Source: Leptolyngbyaceae cyanobacterium (GTDB taxonomy: Bacteria > Cyanobacteriota > Cyanobacteriia > Phormidesmidales > Phormidesmidaceae). From it: a stretch of 64,000 bases of DNA. Location of the stretch: NCBI GenBank assembly GCA_965263355.1, contig CBDHHL010000032.1:1216001-1280000 (forward strand). The letters run 5' to 3'. Of the stretch, positions 51,261 through 61,239 are shown piece after piece. The position numbers and the translations under genes were made by a program. Positions within the stretch are counted from its first letter, which is position 1, and every line of letters starts with the position of its first letter. A model generated the notes under the pieces. That model saw nothing but the letters and a program-made list of their open reading frames with translations. It had not been told where the DNA came from and made no database searches.

Positions 51261-53549
51261 CTAACTTTTGGCAACAGTCATTGCTTTAATTCGTACATCT
51301 CCTGTCAGTACCCTTGGCCGGAAGAGCGTTTTAACTAAAATCCATAGGGATTGTAATTCACCGGGTGTGTTCCACCGTTTCCATTGGCCAGGCCGACAAT
51401 ACAACAGCTCTACCAGTTTGCGAATTTCTGGTAAGGTGACATTTTGAAACTGCACGGTTACACAGGGAAACTCCCCGTCATTACTTACGTTTGTTAATAC
51501 TCCCCTCAGGCTGAGCAAGTCTTCACTAATGGCAAGTTGTACCGGGCGAGTTTCGCCAGGGGCTAATTGAGGTAATCCCCGCTGGGTGAGGGTAATGGTC
51601 GCACCAATTTCTGAAATTGCTGTAGTGGTGCCCCACCAAATGCGGCTTGTCGAGTCGGCGCTGGTGTTGTCGCCAATTTGTAACCGGACTACTCGGCGCA
51701 GGTCAAACCAATCATAGGGATTAGGACGAGGTACATCCAATAGGACTAATAGAGCCGCACCGATCATCATCAGGTTATATAAGCTCCATATCCAGCCAAT
51801 GCCCAGACCCCGCAAATGTGCGGTTGCCTCTGGTGTTACTTCCAAAGCCCAGTTGCCACGGGCCAAACATTCACCCAAGTTTAACCAGATGCTGCAAGCT
51901 GTGAATACAAACATCAGCATTAGCGGCCAGGCTAAATGCCAGTTAAATTGAAAACCCTGGCTAGAGGTTCCTTTAGGGGTAACTTTAAAGCCTGTGCCAA
52001 AGGGAGAAAGCATTGCCTGTACTACGGTAACGGCTAGGGGAAAGGCCAATACGAGTGCGTAAACATCGGACAAAATAGCGGAGCGAGAATGGTGATTTAG
52101 CCAGGAAAAAACCGTAATTTGTACAAAATAATAGGGTAAGAAAAAATAGATAATTTCCTCGGGGGTGGAACGGATAGGAATAACCCCAAATGCGTAGAAT
52201 AGGGGCGCAATTAAAAATACGATGCGCGATATGCTGGTAAACCAGTGAAGAATACCTTCCAGGTGTCCTAAACGCTGGATAAATTTGAGCCCTGGAATAG
52301 TTAGTGGATTGGTTTCAATAAAAAAGGATTGGAGGGTGCCTCGGGCCCAGCGCAGTCTCTGGATAGCGTGGGCCGTAATATTTTCGGCGGCTAGACCAGC
52401 GCTTAATTTCTCGTCTAGATAAATGATTTTGTGGCCTTTGGAGGCTAGACGAACGGCGGTAAAGTAATCTTCACTCAGGGAATCTGTGACAAATCCTCCG
52501 GCGTTTTCTAAGGCGCTGCGACGGGTGACAAAGGAGGTGCCAGAGCAAACAACACTGCCCACACCGTCCCGCATGGGTTGGATTTGGCGGTAGAAGACTT
52601 CTTCTTCAGGGGTGAGGATATCTTCCAGGCCCAGGTTTCGGGCAATGGGGTCTGGATTGTAGAAGCTTTGTGGTGTTTGTACCAGGGCGACGGTTGGATC
52701 TTGGAAAAAACCAACGGTGCGTAATAGAAAGTTGCGGGTTGGTACAAAGTCGGCATCAAAGGAAGCAATTAAGTCGCTATTTGTGTGTGCGATCGCATGA
52801 TTCAAATTCCCTGCCTTAGCATGGTCATTATTAGGACGAGTCAGGTACTCACAACCCAGAGTTTGCGCTAGTTTCTGAATGGCAGGACGGCGGGTATCAT
52901 CCAGCAGATAAATCGTTTTATTTGGGTAGTCCATGGCCTGACAGCCGATGATAGTCCGCCGCAAAATAAATTCCGGTTCATCATAGGTAGGAATAAACAC
53001 GGCTACCGATGGCAAAAATGTTTTGTCCATCACCGCCAGCTGCATCTGATCCGCTTGGGCATGGCGGTCACGCACCCGCAGCAATAGCACTAGCTGGATA
53101 ATGCTGATTAGCAGCCCGAGCATTTCCATCACAAACAGTACGGTGCTAGCCAGTCCATTTAAGGCATTGTCAAAATTTAAGGTAGAGAGGCTACGCCAGG
53201 TCACATAGCGACCCACTAAGATGAGTAGCACCGCAATTACAACAGCCCGCGACCAGGGTTTGGGCTGTGGGGAGATGCGGGTAATGACCACTGCAAATAA
53301 GAACAAGGCTACCGTGGGAAAAATTAAATAATGGCCTGCCACCATGGGAGCCTCTAGCCACATGGGGGGGCTTTGCTGTAACAGATTGAGTTGGGCAAAA
53401 ATTCGGGTAATTTGCCCTTCGCCTCTAAACCACGCAAAGGCGAGGGCAAGTGCGATCGCGACCACACCTACCATGATGCCTGTCGCGTAGGAAATAGAAA
53501 TCGGCCTTTGCAGCGGTGGCTTACTGGTCGGAACCATTGATTTTTCCAT
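51261..53549 (-). CDS. Cellulose synthase catalytic subunit-like GT2 (BcsA-like) with PilZ-like C-terminus
   Basis: PTYDE, HAKAGN, DAD, QTPQ, SED, QRLRW and FKVTPKG. Confidence 0.9.
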   Translation of the reverse strand: MEKSMVPTSKPPLQRPISISYATGIMVGVVAIALALAFAWFRGEGQITRIFAQLNLLQQSPPMWLEAPMVAGHYLIFPTVALFLFAVVITRISPQPKPWSRAVVIAVLLILVGRYVTWRSLSTLNFDNALNGLASTVLFVMEMLGLLISIIQLVLLLRVRDRHAQADQMQLAVMDKTFLPSVAVFIPTYDEPEFILRRTIIGCQAMDYPNKTIYLLDDTRRPAIQKLAQTLGCEYLTRPNNDHAKAGNLNHAIAHTNSDLIASFDADFVPTRNFLLRTVGFFQDPTVALVQTPQSFYNPDPIARNLGLEDILTPEEEVFYRQIQPMRDGVGSVVCSGTSFVTRRSALENAGGFVTDSLSEDYFTAVRLASKGHKIIYLDEKLSAGLAAENITAHAIQRLRWARGTLQSFFIETNPLTIPGLKFIQRLGHLEGILHWFTSISRIVFLIAPLFYAFGVIPIRSTPEEIIYFFLPYYFVQITVFSWLNHHSRSAILSDVYALVLAFPLAVTVVQAMLSPFGTGFKVTPKGTSSQGFQFNWHLAWPLMLMFVFTACSIWLNLGECLARGNWALEVTPEATAHLRGLGIGWIWSLYNLMMIGAALLVLLDVPRPNPYDWFDLRRVVRLQIGDNTSADSTSRIWWGTTTAISEIGATITLTQRGLPQLAPGETRPVQLAISEDLLSLRGVLTNVSNDGEFPCVTVQFQNVTLPEIRKLVELLYCRPGQWKRWNTPGELQSLWILVKTLFRPRVLTGDVRIKAMTVAKS

Positions 53550-53946
53550 GAATTAGTACGCATTGATATAGCCAAGTCTATATAAGCTTACGAATAAACT
53601 ATGAATGCGGATGCATCCCATGGTTAACTTACACAGACCGGCTATATCTCAACTGTTCAATAAGTTCCATACTGGGCTGAAATTTTGCTGAGATCCCGAT
53701 GAATTGTTGCTATTAAACTTTTCAGCTAGCCATCAGCCGTTATTTTTATTTTCATCATGCAGCGGGTTTTCAGGCCGTTTACAGTAGTGCTGTCTATTGA
53801 AAAAATCTGCCCTTGACACAGTACTGGGGTGAAATTTGATTGTTGCATCATGTCCAAGTGGAAACCGGTAGGTTCTTCTACGGAAAAACGACCGGTTCTG
53901 GATGTGAACAAGGTTTAGTTAGCAGACATTGAGCAGAGAGAGGAAA

Positions 53947-54651
53947 ATGGGCATCAACGATTGGCTTAGACTTATGCACCCGATTTTGGCAGTAAGTGTG
54001 GTATTCCCGCTTATTGGTATGGTGTCGTATTTTGCGCTTCAAACCCGGCAGCGTCGTCTGGCAGTCCAGGCTAAAGAAAAGTCAAAAATCCCGCCAGTGG
54101 TGGGTAAAGAGCATGTCAACTTAGGCAAATGGTTGACGGGGGCAGTTGTTGGTCTCACCTTAGTGGGTGTGGGGCACCCTATCTTTAAGAACATTGTCAA
54201 GCAGGCGGCGACGGATAGTCCTGTTCCCTCAGCGACGGTGATCTTTATTGTCTTTATGTTCTTGTTGACCATTGCTGCGCTAGTGTGTTTATATCGGGCA
54301 ACGGCACCACAAAAGCTATGGCGTGGGTTGTTTGCTGCATTGACTACGGCGGGCCTATGGATTTTAGGCGGTCAGGATGGAGTATTTCGCCGTACCTATG
54401 AGTGGCACATATCTCATTATTATTACGGCATGGTAGCGGCGACGCTGATGGTGATTTCGTTAGCGATTTTGCCGGAGATTTATAAGTCAAAGACGTGGCG
54501 CAATGTGCATATTGCATTGAATTGCATTGCGTTGTTGTTGTTTGTTGTGCAGGGAATTACGGGGACACGAGATTTATTAGAGATTCCGTTGAGCTGGCAG
54601 GAGCCGTTTGTGTTTGGCTGTGATTTTGCCAACAAGACGTGTGGTGGTTGA
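53947..54651 (+). CDS. DUF4079 family membrane protein
   Basis: LMHP, EHVNLG, SHYYYG, WRNVHI and QGITGTRDLLEIP. Confidence 0.82.
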   Translation: MGINDWLRLMHPILAVSVVFPLIGMVSYFALQTRQRRLAVQAKEKSKIPPVVGKEHVNLGKWLTGAVVGLTLVGVGHPIFKNIVKQAATDSPVPSATVIFIVFMFLLTIAALVCLYRATAPQKLWRGLFAALTTAGLWILGGQDGVFRRTYEWHISHYYYGMVAATLMVISLAILPEIYKSKTWRNVHIALNCIALLLFVVQGITGTRDLLEIPLSWQEPFVFGCDFANKTCGG

Positions 54652-54704
54652 CTTCGGCTTCGCTCAGTTAACGGTATCTGTTCTCCTATCATCAAACTAA
54701 TTTT

Positions 54705-54740
54705 TCAAAAGCCTTCTCTTTCAAAAGGGAGGGCTTTTGA
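54705..54740. terminator. Probable bidirectional terminator
   Basis: TCAAAAGCCTTCT...GGGAGGGCTTTTGA stem between convergent genes. Confidence 0.65.
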
Positions 54741-54807
54741 GATTTATTTTGGGAACAAAGGTTTGAAATCACGGCATGGCAACAAGGATAAAACAAGTGC
54801 ATCCCGT

Positions 54808-55608
54808 TTATGATGCTATCTCAGATAAAACCGTCTCGATAGCGCGTACAATTTCTTCGCATTTTTGGGGATTTAAGGCATCTGGATGGGGCGATTTAAA
54901 CCTACCTGAATCGTTGTCAAAATACCGACCGGAGGCAGTTGCAAATTCAGCGTCTAGGGCAGCGCGAATCAGTATTTGAGCACCTATGCGGAGATCGCCG
55001 CCTGCCACACCAAAAGCCTGTTTTACCATTTTGGTGCCAAGCATTGAGCCGGGATTAACTGCAATGATGACCGGGTTATCTTCCCTGAGTGCAAGGGTGC
55101 GGGACCACATTGTTAGGGCTAGTTTGCTTTGCGCATAGGCAGTGAAGTCTTCGGACAGTTTATTTTGTCCAGTCAGTGCGTCTAGATTGACAGGGGACTG
55201 GGCAGCGGAGGATAGATTGATGATCCGTCCGGATGCAGTCATTAACGGCATCAGCCGTTGTGTCAACAGATAAGGGGCAATGGTGTTGACAACAAACCGC
55301 ACATCTAATCCATCTTGAGTGATAGGGGTAGGCGTTTTGAAAATGCCTGCATTGTTGATCAGTACATCCAGTTTAGTATGATCTTGGGCAACAGCTTTCG
55401 CGAGTGCCTCTACATCAGCCATACGTGAGAGATCAGCCACATAGCTTTCAACTTTGCCACCGTCCGTAGAGAGTGTTTTTACTACTGTTTCTAATTTGGC
55501 TGGGTTGCGTCCGTGCAATAAGACATTATGACCCAGTGAGACAAGTATCCTGGCTGTTTCTAACCCGATGCCGTCGGTCGCTCCTGTAAGAAGAATAGTT
55601 TTTTGCAT
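54808..55608 (-). CDS. SDR family NAD(P)-dependent oxidoreductase
   Basis: TGATDGIG, NNAG and YAQSK. Start placed at MQKTIL. Confidence 0.92.
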   Translation of the reverse strand: MQKTILLTGATDGIGLETARILVSLGHNVLLHGRNPAKLETVVKTLSTDGGKVESYVADLSRMADVEALAKAVAQDHTKLDVLINNAGIFKTPTPITQDGLDVRFVVNTIAPYLLTQRLMPLMTASGRIINLSSAAQSPVNLDALTGQNKLSEDFTAYAQSKLALTMWSRTLALREDNPVIIAVNPGSMLGTKMVKQAFGVAGGDLRIGAQILIRAALDAEFATASGRYFDNDSGRFKSPHPDALNPQKCEEIVRAIETVLSEIAS

Positions 55609-55775
55609 GGTCTTATTTTGTTGGTTTATTTTCTTCCGACATCCCACCGTATTGGGGTATCCCTAATGGCATTAAGTTGGGGTTACGGCGGGGACGATTA
55701 TAAATAGTCTGGATTGATTTCTGCGGAAATCTTGATGCATAAAATTTAAATTGTGGAGTTGTTGTTTCATACTTC

Positions 55776-56741
55776 TTAAGCGAAGTCTGGTAGGATATCG
55801 GCGGCAAGACGTTTCAGCGTGGTCTCGGTATCATTTTGGTTGAAACGTAAGTTTAGTGCAACATGGTTTACGCCAATCTCTTCAAGCGATTTCAGATGCG
55901 ATCGCAGGTAGCTGGTGCCCAGTCGGAAACCGAGATGGATGGGCTGTGGTCGTGTTTCAGGATCATCGGTCAGATCCACATAAAGGGGTTGCATCACTGG
56001 CTTATCGGGGCTGCCTGCTGCCTTGACCCGTGCTTGCCAATCGCGAATGATTTGCGCCTGTAGAGACGTCTGACGGGGATAAATAATCCAACCGTCACCG
56101 TTGTGGGCGATCCATTCGGGCGCTTGCTGGCTACCTCCGGTAATCAGTAGTGGCAGTTTTCCAGATACTGGTTTGGGCAGCATGTCCATGGCAGCCCTAG
56201 GGCTACCATAGGTGTTTTCAAAGGCTGGTGAGTCTTCACCCATGTGTCTGATGTAGTCAAAGCTCTCACGAAATCGTGCACCGCGATCGGCAAAGGGTAA
56301 ATTGAGGGCGGGATACTCGTCTGGTCGGTCGCCCGACGCAACACCCAGGATAAGTCGTCCACCTGAGAACACATCAGCGGTGGCGGCAGCCTTGGCAACA
56401 TGGGCAGGATGTCGCAGCGGCAAAATAACGCTGGCGACACCCAAAGCGATCTGTTTTGTCTGGCCAGCTAACAGACCAAGATAGACAAAGGGATCGTAGG
56501 TCTGACCGGCATCGCCAAAGGACGGCACGTTAAACGGCACATCTCGCAACCAGACAGCGGAAAATCCTAATTCTTCGGCGAGTTGAACCCGTTCCAAATG
56601 CCGGGTCATGGTTGGAACTGGACGCTGTGCGTAGGTCTCAATTGGCACCACCAATCCAACGCTCAACCGATTTGGTCGAAACACAGTACTATATCCCTGA
56701 TTGATGGGTTGAAACCTTATATTGTTAACCTGTTTGAGCAT
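55776..56741 (-). CDS. LLM-class (luciferase-like) flavin-dependent oxidoreductase
   Basis: AEELGFSAVWLRDVP, DPFVYLG, LPLRHP and LGVASGDRP. Confidence 0.9.
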   Translation of the reverse strand: MLKQVNNIRFQPINQGYSTVFRPNRLSVGLVVPIETYAQRPVPTMTRHLERVQLAEELGFSAVWLRDVPFNVPSFGDAGQTYDPFVYLGLLAGQTKQIALGVASVILPLRHPAHVAKAAATADVFSGGRLILGVASGDRPDEYPALNLPFADRGARFRESFDYIRHMGEDSPAFENTYGSPRAAMDMLPKPVSGKLPLLITGGSQQAPEWIAHNGDGWIIYPRQTSLQAQIIRDWQARVKAAGSPDKPVMQPLYVDLTDDPETRPQPIHLGFRLGTSYLRSHLKSLEEIGVNHVALNLRFNQNDTETTLKRLAADILPDFA

Positions 56742-56818
56742 ATTAATTCTGTTTACTGGCGAGTCTGGGGTGTATCTGTATAGGGCGATAAATGTGTAAC
56801 GTAGAAATCAGTGACGAT

Positions 56819-56844
56819 GGATATCCACAAGGGAGTGCCCCTGC
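56819..56844 (-). repeat. REP-like dispersed repeat (second copy)
   Basis: Reverse complement GCAGGGGCACTCCCTTGTGGATATCC matches 10031-10055. Confidence 0.55.
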
Positions 56845-56892
56845 ATGATTGTTCATTTGTAATCAGGTTTAATGAATTCGGATTTCGTATTG

Positions 56893-57735
56893 TTAATTAA
56901 TCTCCTGAACATCGACCAGCATCTTTTCCCAACCGTGTTGATTGTTCATATCGAACTGCGCACCGTTGTCGTCGGCCCATTTAAAGCGCTTCAATGCAGG
57001 GGTTTGACTTGTTGCCTGATAGAGCCAATAGGCTTCTGCTTTTAGTGCTTCCTCGATCGGGTTGTCGATTGAGGCATAAACAGCCTGTTTACACGCATTG
57101 ATCGACTCAGCGGGCCAAAGGGCAATACGGTTTGCCAATGCTGTAACAAATGGGCCAATTGCTTCGGTGTCGAGTGCTTTGTTGATAGTGCCATAGGCTT
57201 CGGCCTGGTCGGCATCGTAGTCTCTCGCACCCAGGATAATCTCCAGGGCGCGCCCTAGACCGGTCTGACGGGCCATGCGCGATGCGCCACCACCACAGGG
57301 CAGGATTCCCATACCGACTTCCATTTGCATAAATTTTGCCTTGCCGCGGGCGGCAAAACGCATGTCGCAGGCCAGGGCAAATTCGTGACCACCGCCGCGG
57401 GCAAAGCCCTCAATTTTGGCGATGGTGGCCTGGGGCAGTTTACTAATGCGCTCTAACGTAGTCTGCAGATCGAGCAGTTTAACCTCATCACGGGAGACTG
57501 CAGTCGCGGACATTTCCTTGAGGAAGTCGGTGTCAGCATGGGCCACGAAAATCTCTGGATGGGCGGATTGGAAGACAACAACTTTGATGTCACGGTTTAT
57601 TTCGAGCCTTTGCGCCAATATATTTAGGTCGGCAAGCATGGGCAAACCCTGAATGTTGACGGGCGGGTAGTCAAATGTGACCCATGCGATCGCATTTTCC
57701 ACATTAACGTTGAAAGTAGTGAAGTTATCTTTCAT
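56893..57735 (-). CDS. Enoyl-CoA hydratase/isomerase (crotonase) family protein
   Basis: FVAHAD, GFARGGGHEFALACDMR and QMEVGMGILP with both catalytic Glu. Confidence 0.9.
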   Translation of the reverse strand: MKDNFTTFNVNVENAIAWVTFDYPPVNIQGLPMLADLNILAQRLEINRDIKVVVFQSAHPEIFVAHADTDFLKEMSATAVSRDEVKLLDLQTTLERISKLPQATIAKIEGFARGGGHEFALACDMRFAARGKAKFMQMEVGMGILPCGGGASRMARQTGLGRALEIILGARDYDADQAEAYGTINKALDTEAIGPFVTALANRIALWPAESINACKQAVYASIDNPIEEALKAEAYWLYQATSQTPALKRFKWADDNGAQFDMNNQHGWEKMLVDVQEIN

Positions 57736-57899
57736 TGGGGGTCTCCTAAATTGTTAGAGGGTTAGCTTTTGTCGAGGCCTTGGTTTGTAACGATTACCCA
57801 ATCTTGGAGGGTGAAAGTAAGCGAGGACACCGTGCTCTCTCCGCATTTAATGGCGTCCTTGTTCAAGCATTAGCCTATGTTACTAAAAACGATATTGAC

Positions 57900-57922
57900 A
57901 AGTACCCACATTTTTGTAAGTA
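57900..57922. promoter_or_regulatory. Candidate HxlR-family operator
   Basis: Imperfect palindrome TACCCAC-ATTTTT-GTAAGTA in the divergent promoter, 32 bp upstream of the regulator. Confidence 0.4.
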
Positions 57923-57954
57923 ATGGAGATGCTTGAACGTAATGAGTCTGTACA

Positions 57955-58341
57955 ATGACACGGAAATATAACTGGAAGACGGGGTGCGATGTGGAAGCGA
58001 CGTTGAGTGTGATCGGCGGTCGGTGGAAGCCCATACTCATGTGCCATCTGCTGGGCGGGCGCAAACGCTTTGGTGAACTACGGCGGCTTACACCCAATGC
58101 GACGGAGCGTATGATTACGCTGCAGCTGCGGGAGTTGGAGGCGGATGGTGTTTTAGCACGACATGTGTATGCTGAAGTGCCGCCTCGGGTTGAGTATGAG
58201 CTAACAGAGTTTGGACGATCCCTTGAGCCAATGCTAGTGCTTATGCAAGAGTGGGGGCGTGCGTTTAAGGCTCGTCGGCTAGCGGCAGAGTCAGCAGGGG
58301 AGAAATCTGCTGACTGTGAGCTTGCAAATCTCTCTTCTTGA
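57955..58341 (+). CDS. HxlR (DUF24) family winged-helix regulator
   Basis: GCDVEATLSVIGGRWK, LRELEADG and EVPPRVEYELT. Confidence 0.93.
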   Translation: MTRKYNWKTGCDVEATLSVIGGRWKPILMCHLLGGRKRFGELRRLTPNATERMITLQLRELEADGVLARHVYAEVPPRVEYELTEFGRSLEPMLVLMQEWGRAFKARRLAAESAGEKSADCELANLSS

Positions 58342-58493
58342 GTAAATTATTCAATCTATTTGTTATTAGACTAATTTTTCTCCTAAGATCTGTCCTCTTT
58401 CTTTAAAGTTATGGTTTGATTTGCTCTAGAAACTTGGGAATACCTTTGACAGGGGCTGTTAAAGACTGTGTGTGCTCAAGACAAAGGTGAGGT

Positions 58494-61187
58494 ATGGGGC
58501 GAACAAATCAGCGGTTGGGATGGATGGTAGGGGTTTTGGTGTTTAACCTACCGATTGGGAATATTGCCCAAGCCTTTTCAGAAAACGCTAATTTTGCGTC
58601 CCCTGTCCCTCGCCAGGTCGTTCCCATGGCTCAAGTGCAGCCAGGCACTGGGGCGGCGGAAGCGAATCGTTTGTTTAATCAAGGTTCGCAGCAATATCAA
58701 CGGAGTAACTTTCGGGCAGCCCTGGCATCCTGGGAAGCGGCATTGCAGCTTTATCAGGCGTTAGCTGATGGTAATGAGTTTTTTGAGCAGAATCGGTTGG
58801 CTCAGGCGGATACTCTGACCAGTATTGGAAAAGTCTATGATGCGCTTGGGCAATATGAACCCTCCATAGACTTTCACAATCAAGCATTAGCTATTTATCG
58901 CGAGCCTGTTATTCGTAGTGCTTTGCCGTTGGACAGTCGTCTTGGTGAAGCAGGGGTGTTGATGGGGCTAGGAAATGTTTACAACACCCTCAGTCAGTAT
59001 GAGCGGGCGATTGCATTTCAAGAAGAGGCCCTGGTAATTTATCGAGAGACTGCGATACAGGTAGAGTTTCCTGACAATGCTTTGACGGGTGAAGCTAATG
59101 CCCTCAGTAATTTAGCGCTCAATTATCGTTCTCTAGGGAAATATGATCGCGCTATTAGCACCCACGAACAGGCGCTAGAGATTTATCGCACCAACGAAAA
59201 CCAGCGTGGGGAAGTCATTTCTCTCAATAATCTCAGCATTGTTTATAACTTGTTGAGTCAGTATAAACGCTCAATTGAGCTGCGAGAACAGTCGCTCGCC
59301 ATTGCCCGAGAGATTGGCTATCGACAGGCAGAAGCAGCTTCCCTGGGTGGATTGGCTAATGATTATTATGAGCTGCAGGATTATGGGCGGGCGGTGGAGC
59401 TGTATAACCAAGCGTTGGTGATTTTTCGCGAGATTGGTGACCTGATCGGTGAAGGCCATGCGCTCCATGGGTTAGGCATTGCCCACTACTATCTAAAGCA
59501 ATATGACCAGGCGATTGACTTTTATCATCAGGGACTGGCGCTCTATCGAGAGACGGGGTATCTGGCCTCAACTGGAGATTTGTTAATTGCGTTAGGCATT
59601 ACCTACGATGAGCTTGGAAAGTATACCAAAGCGATTGATTACTACCAGCAGGCATTGGAGTTAGCCCGAGAGATTGGCTATCGAGGGTCTGAGGCAGATG
59701 CGCTAAATAATCTGGGGTTGGTTTATCTGGAGCTGGCACAGCCTGAGATTGCAGACGATTTTTTAACGTTAGCGGTTGATATTTTGGATGACCTGCGAGC
59801 AGCAGGATTAGCAGATGCTGTTCAAATCTCTCTTTTGCAACGGCAGCAGCGGACATTTAAGCTGTTGCAGCAGGCGTTGGTGGACCAGGGCAAGTATGGT
59901 CTGGCGTTAGAAGCGGCGGAGCGGGGACGGACACGGGCATTTACGGCGTTGATGGCGCAGCGGGAACAGCCAGGGACAGCGGCAGAAAATGAGAGCCTAC
60001 GGCTTACGGAGATTGTGTCTCTGGCCCAGAAACTGGATACAACCCTGGTGGAGTACTCTATTGTTAGAATTTCTGAGCTATCGGACCCGATGCTTTATAT
60101 TTGGGTGGTTTCAGCGGATGGGACGCTTGATTTTCGTCAAATTTCCTTAGCTGGTATTGATCTTCAAAAACTGGTTCAAGAGTCTCGTCAAGCCATGGGA
60201 GTCCGTGGGCGAGGGTTTGCTTCAATGTTTTCTGCGGTTGATTTAAGCCGGATGCCTGGATTTGGATGGTCAGGGGATCCGATGGAGGAGCTGACTCAGC
60301 TCCATAAGCTTTTGATTGATCCAATCGCTGAGTTACTACCTGATGATCCAGAGGCAACGGTTGTTTTTATTCCCCAGGGAGAGTTGTTCCTATTGCCATT
60401 TCCAGCGTTGGTGAATGGTGAGGGAGACTATCTGATTGAGCGGCATACGTTACTGACAGCACCGTCGATTCAGGTGTTGGCCCTGACGGAAGCAATGGCA
60501 GCGAGCAGGCAAGGTAATCTCTCCTTAGACGGAACACAGTCTGTAAGTAATCCACTGATTGTGGGTAATCCGACGATGCCTACGGTTGTTTTGAAGAATG
60601 AAGCTGGACGTTTTACCCAGGAGCCATTGCCTGATTTGCCAGGGGCTGAGCAGGAGGCGGAGGAGATTGCTGGTTTTCTGAATACTTCGGCTTTGACAAG
60701 TGATGGTGCGACAGAATCTGTTATTAAACAGCGATTGAGGCAGGCTGATTTGATCCATCTGGCGACCCATGGGTTGTTGGAATATGGTAATCCGGCGGAG
60801 ACGGGGAGTCAGGATACGCCGGGTGCGGTGGCGTTGGCTCCTGGGCTAGGGGAGGATGGATTGTTGACGACTGCGGAGATTTTGCAGCTGGAATTGCAGG
60901 CGTCTTTGGTGGTGTTGAGTGCTTGTGATACGGGGCGGGGTAGGATTACGGGGGATGGGGTGATTGGTCTGTCGCGGGCGTTTGTGGCGGCGGGGGCTCC
61001 GAGTTTGGTGGTGTCGTTATGGGCGGTGCCGGATGCGCCGACGGCTGAGCTGATGACGGAGTTTTATCGGCAGTTGAGTCAGGGGCAGACGAAGGCTCAG
61101 GCATTGCGGCAGGCGATGTTGATGACGATGGAGAAGCATGAGCATCCGATTGCTTGGTCGGCGTTTACGTTAATTGGAGCGAATTAG
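58494..61187 (+). CDS. TPR + CHAT (caspase-like/HetF) domain protein
   Basis: Signal-peptide-like N-terminus and multiple TPRs; HLATHG and LSACDTG His-Cys dyad; VVSLW and WSAF. Confidence 0.93.
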   Translation: MGRTNQRLGWMVGVLVFNLPIGNIAQAFSENANFASPVPRQVVPMAQVQPGTGAAEANRLFNQGSQQYQRSNFRAALASWEAALQLYQALADGNEFFEQNRLAQADTLTSIGKVYDALGQYEPSIDFHNQALAIYREPVIRSALPLDSRLGEAGVLMGLGNVYNTLSQYERAIAFQEEALVIYRETAIQVEFPDNALTGEANALSNLALNYRSLGKYDRAISTHEQALEIYRTNENQRGEVISLNNLSIVYNLLSQYKRSIELREQSLAIAREIGYRQAEAASLGGLANDYYELQDYGRAVELYNQALVIFREIGDLIGEGHALHGLGIAHYYLKQYDQAIDFYHQGLALYRETGYLASTGDLLIALGITYDELGKYTKAIDYYQQALELAREIGYRGSEADALNNLGLVYLELAQPEIADDFLTLAVDILDDLRAAGLADAVQISLLQRQQRTFKLLQQALVDQGKYGLALEAAERGRTRAFTALMAQREQPGTAAENESLRLTEIVSLAQKLDTTLVEYSIVRISELSDPMLYIWVVSADGTLDFRQISLAGIDLQKLVQESRQAMGVRGRGFASMFSAVDLSRMPGFGWSGDPMEELTQLHKLLIDPIAELLPDDPEATVVFIPQGELFLLPFPALVNGEGDYLIERHTLLTAPSIQVLALTEAMAASRQGNLSLDGTQSVSNPLIVGNPTMPTVVLKNEAGRFTQEPLPDLPGAEQEAEEIAGFLNTSALTSDGATESVIKQRLRQADLIHLATHGLLEYGNPAETGSQDTPGAVALAPGLGEDGLLTTAEILQLELQASLVVLSACDTGRGRITGDGVIGLSRAFVAAGAPSLVVSLWAVPDAPTAELMTEFYRQLSQGQTKAQALRQAMLMTMEKHEHPIAWSAFTLIGAN

Positions 61188-61239
61188 TCAGGTATTGAGA
61201 TGGCGGGCTTGATTGAGTCTACTAAACTGGAAAGATAAT

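Noticed and set aside
55613..55807. 64-aa ORF between the LLM and SDR genes
   Set aside because: Overlaps the LLM gene end and shows no recognisable family; at most a gene remnant.
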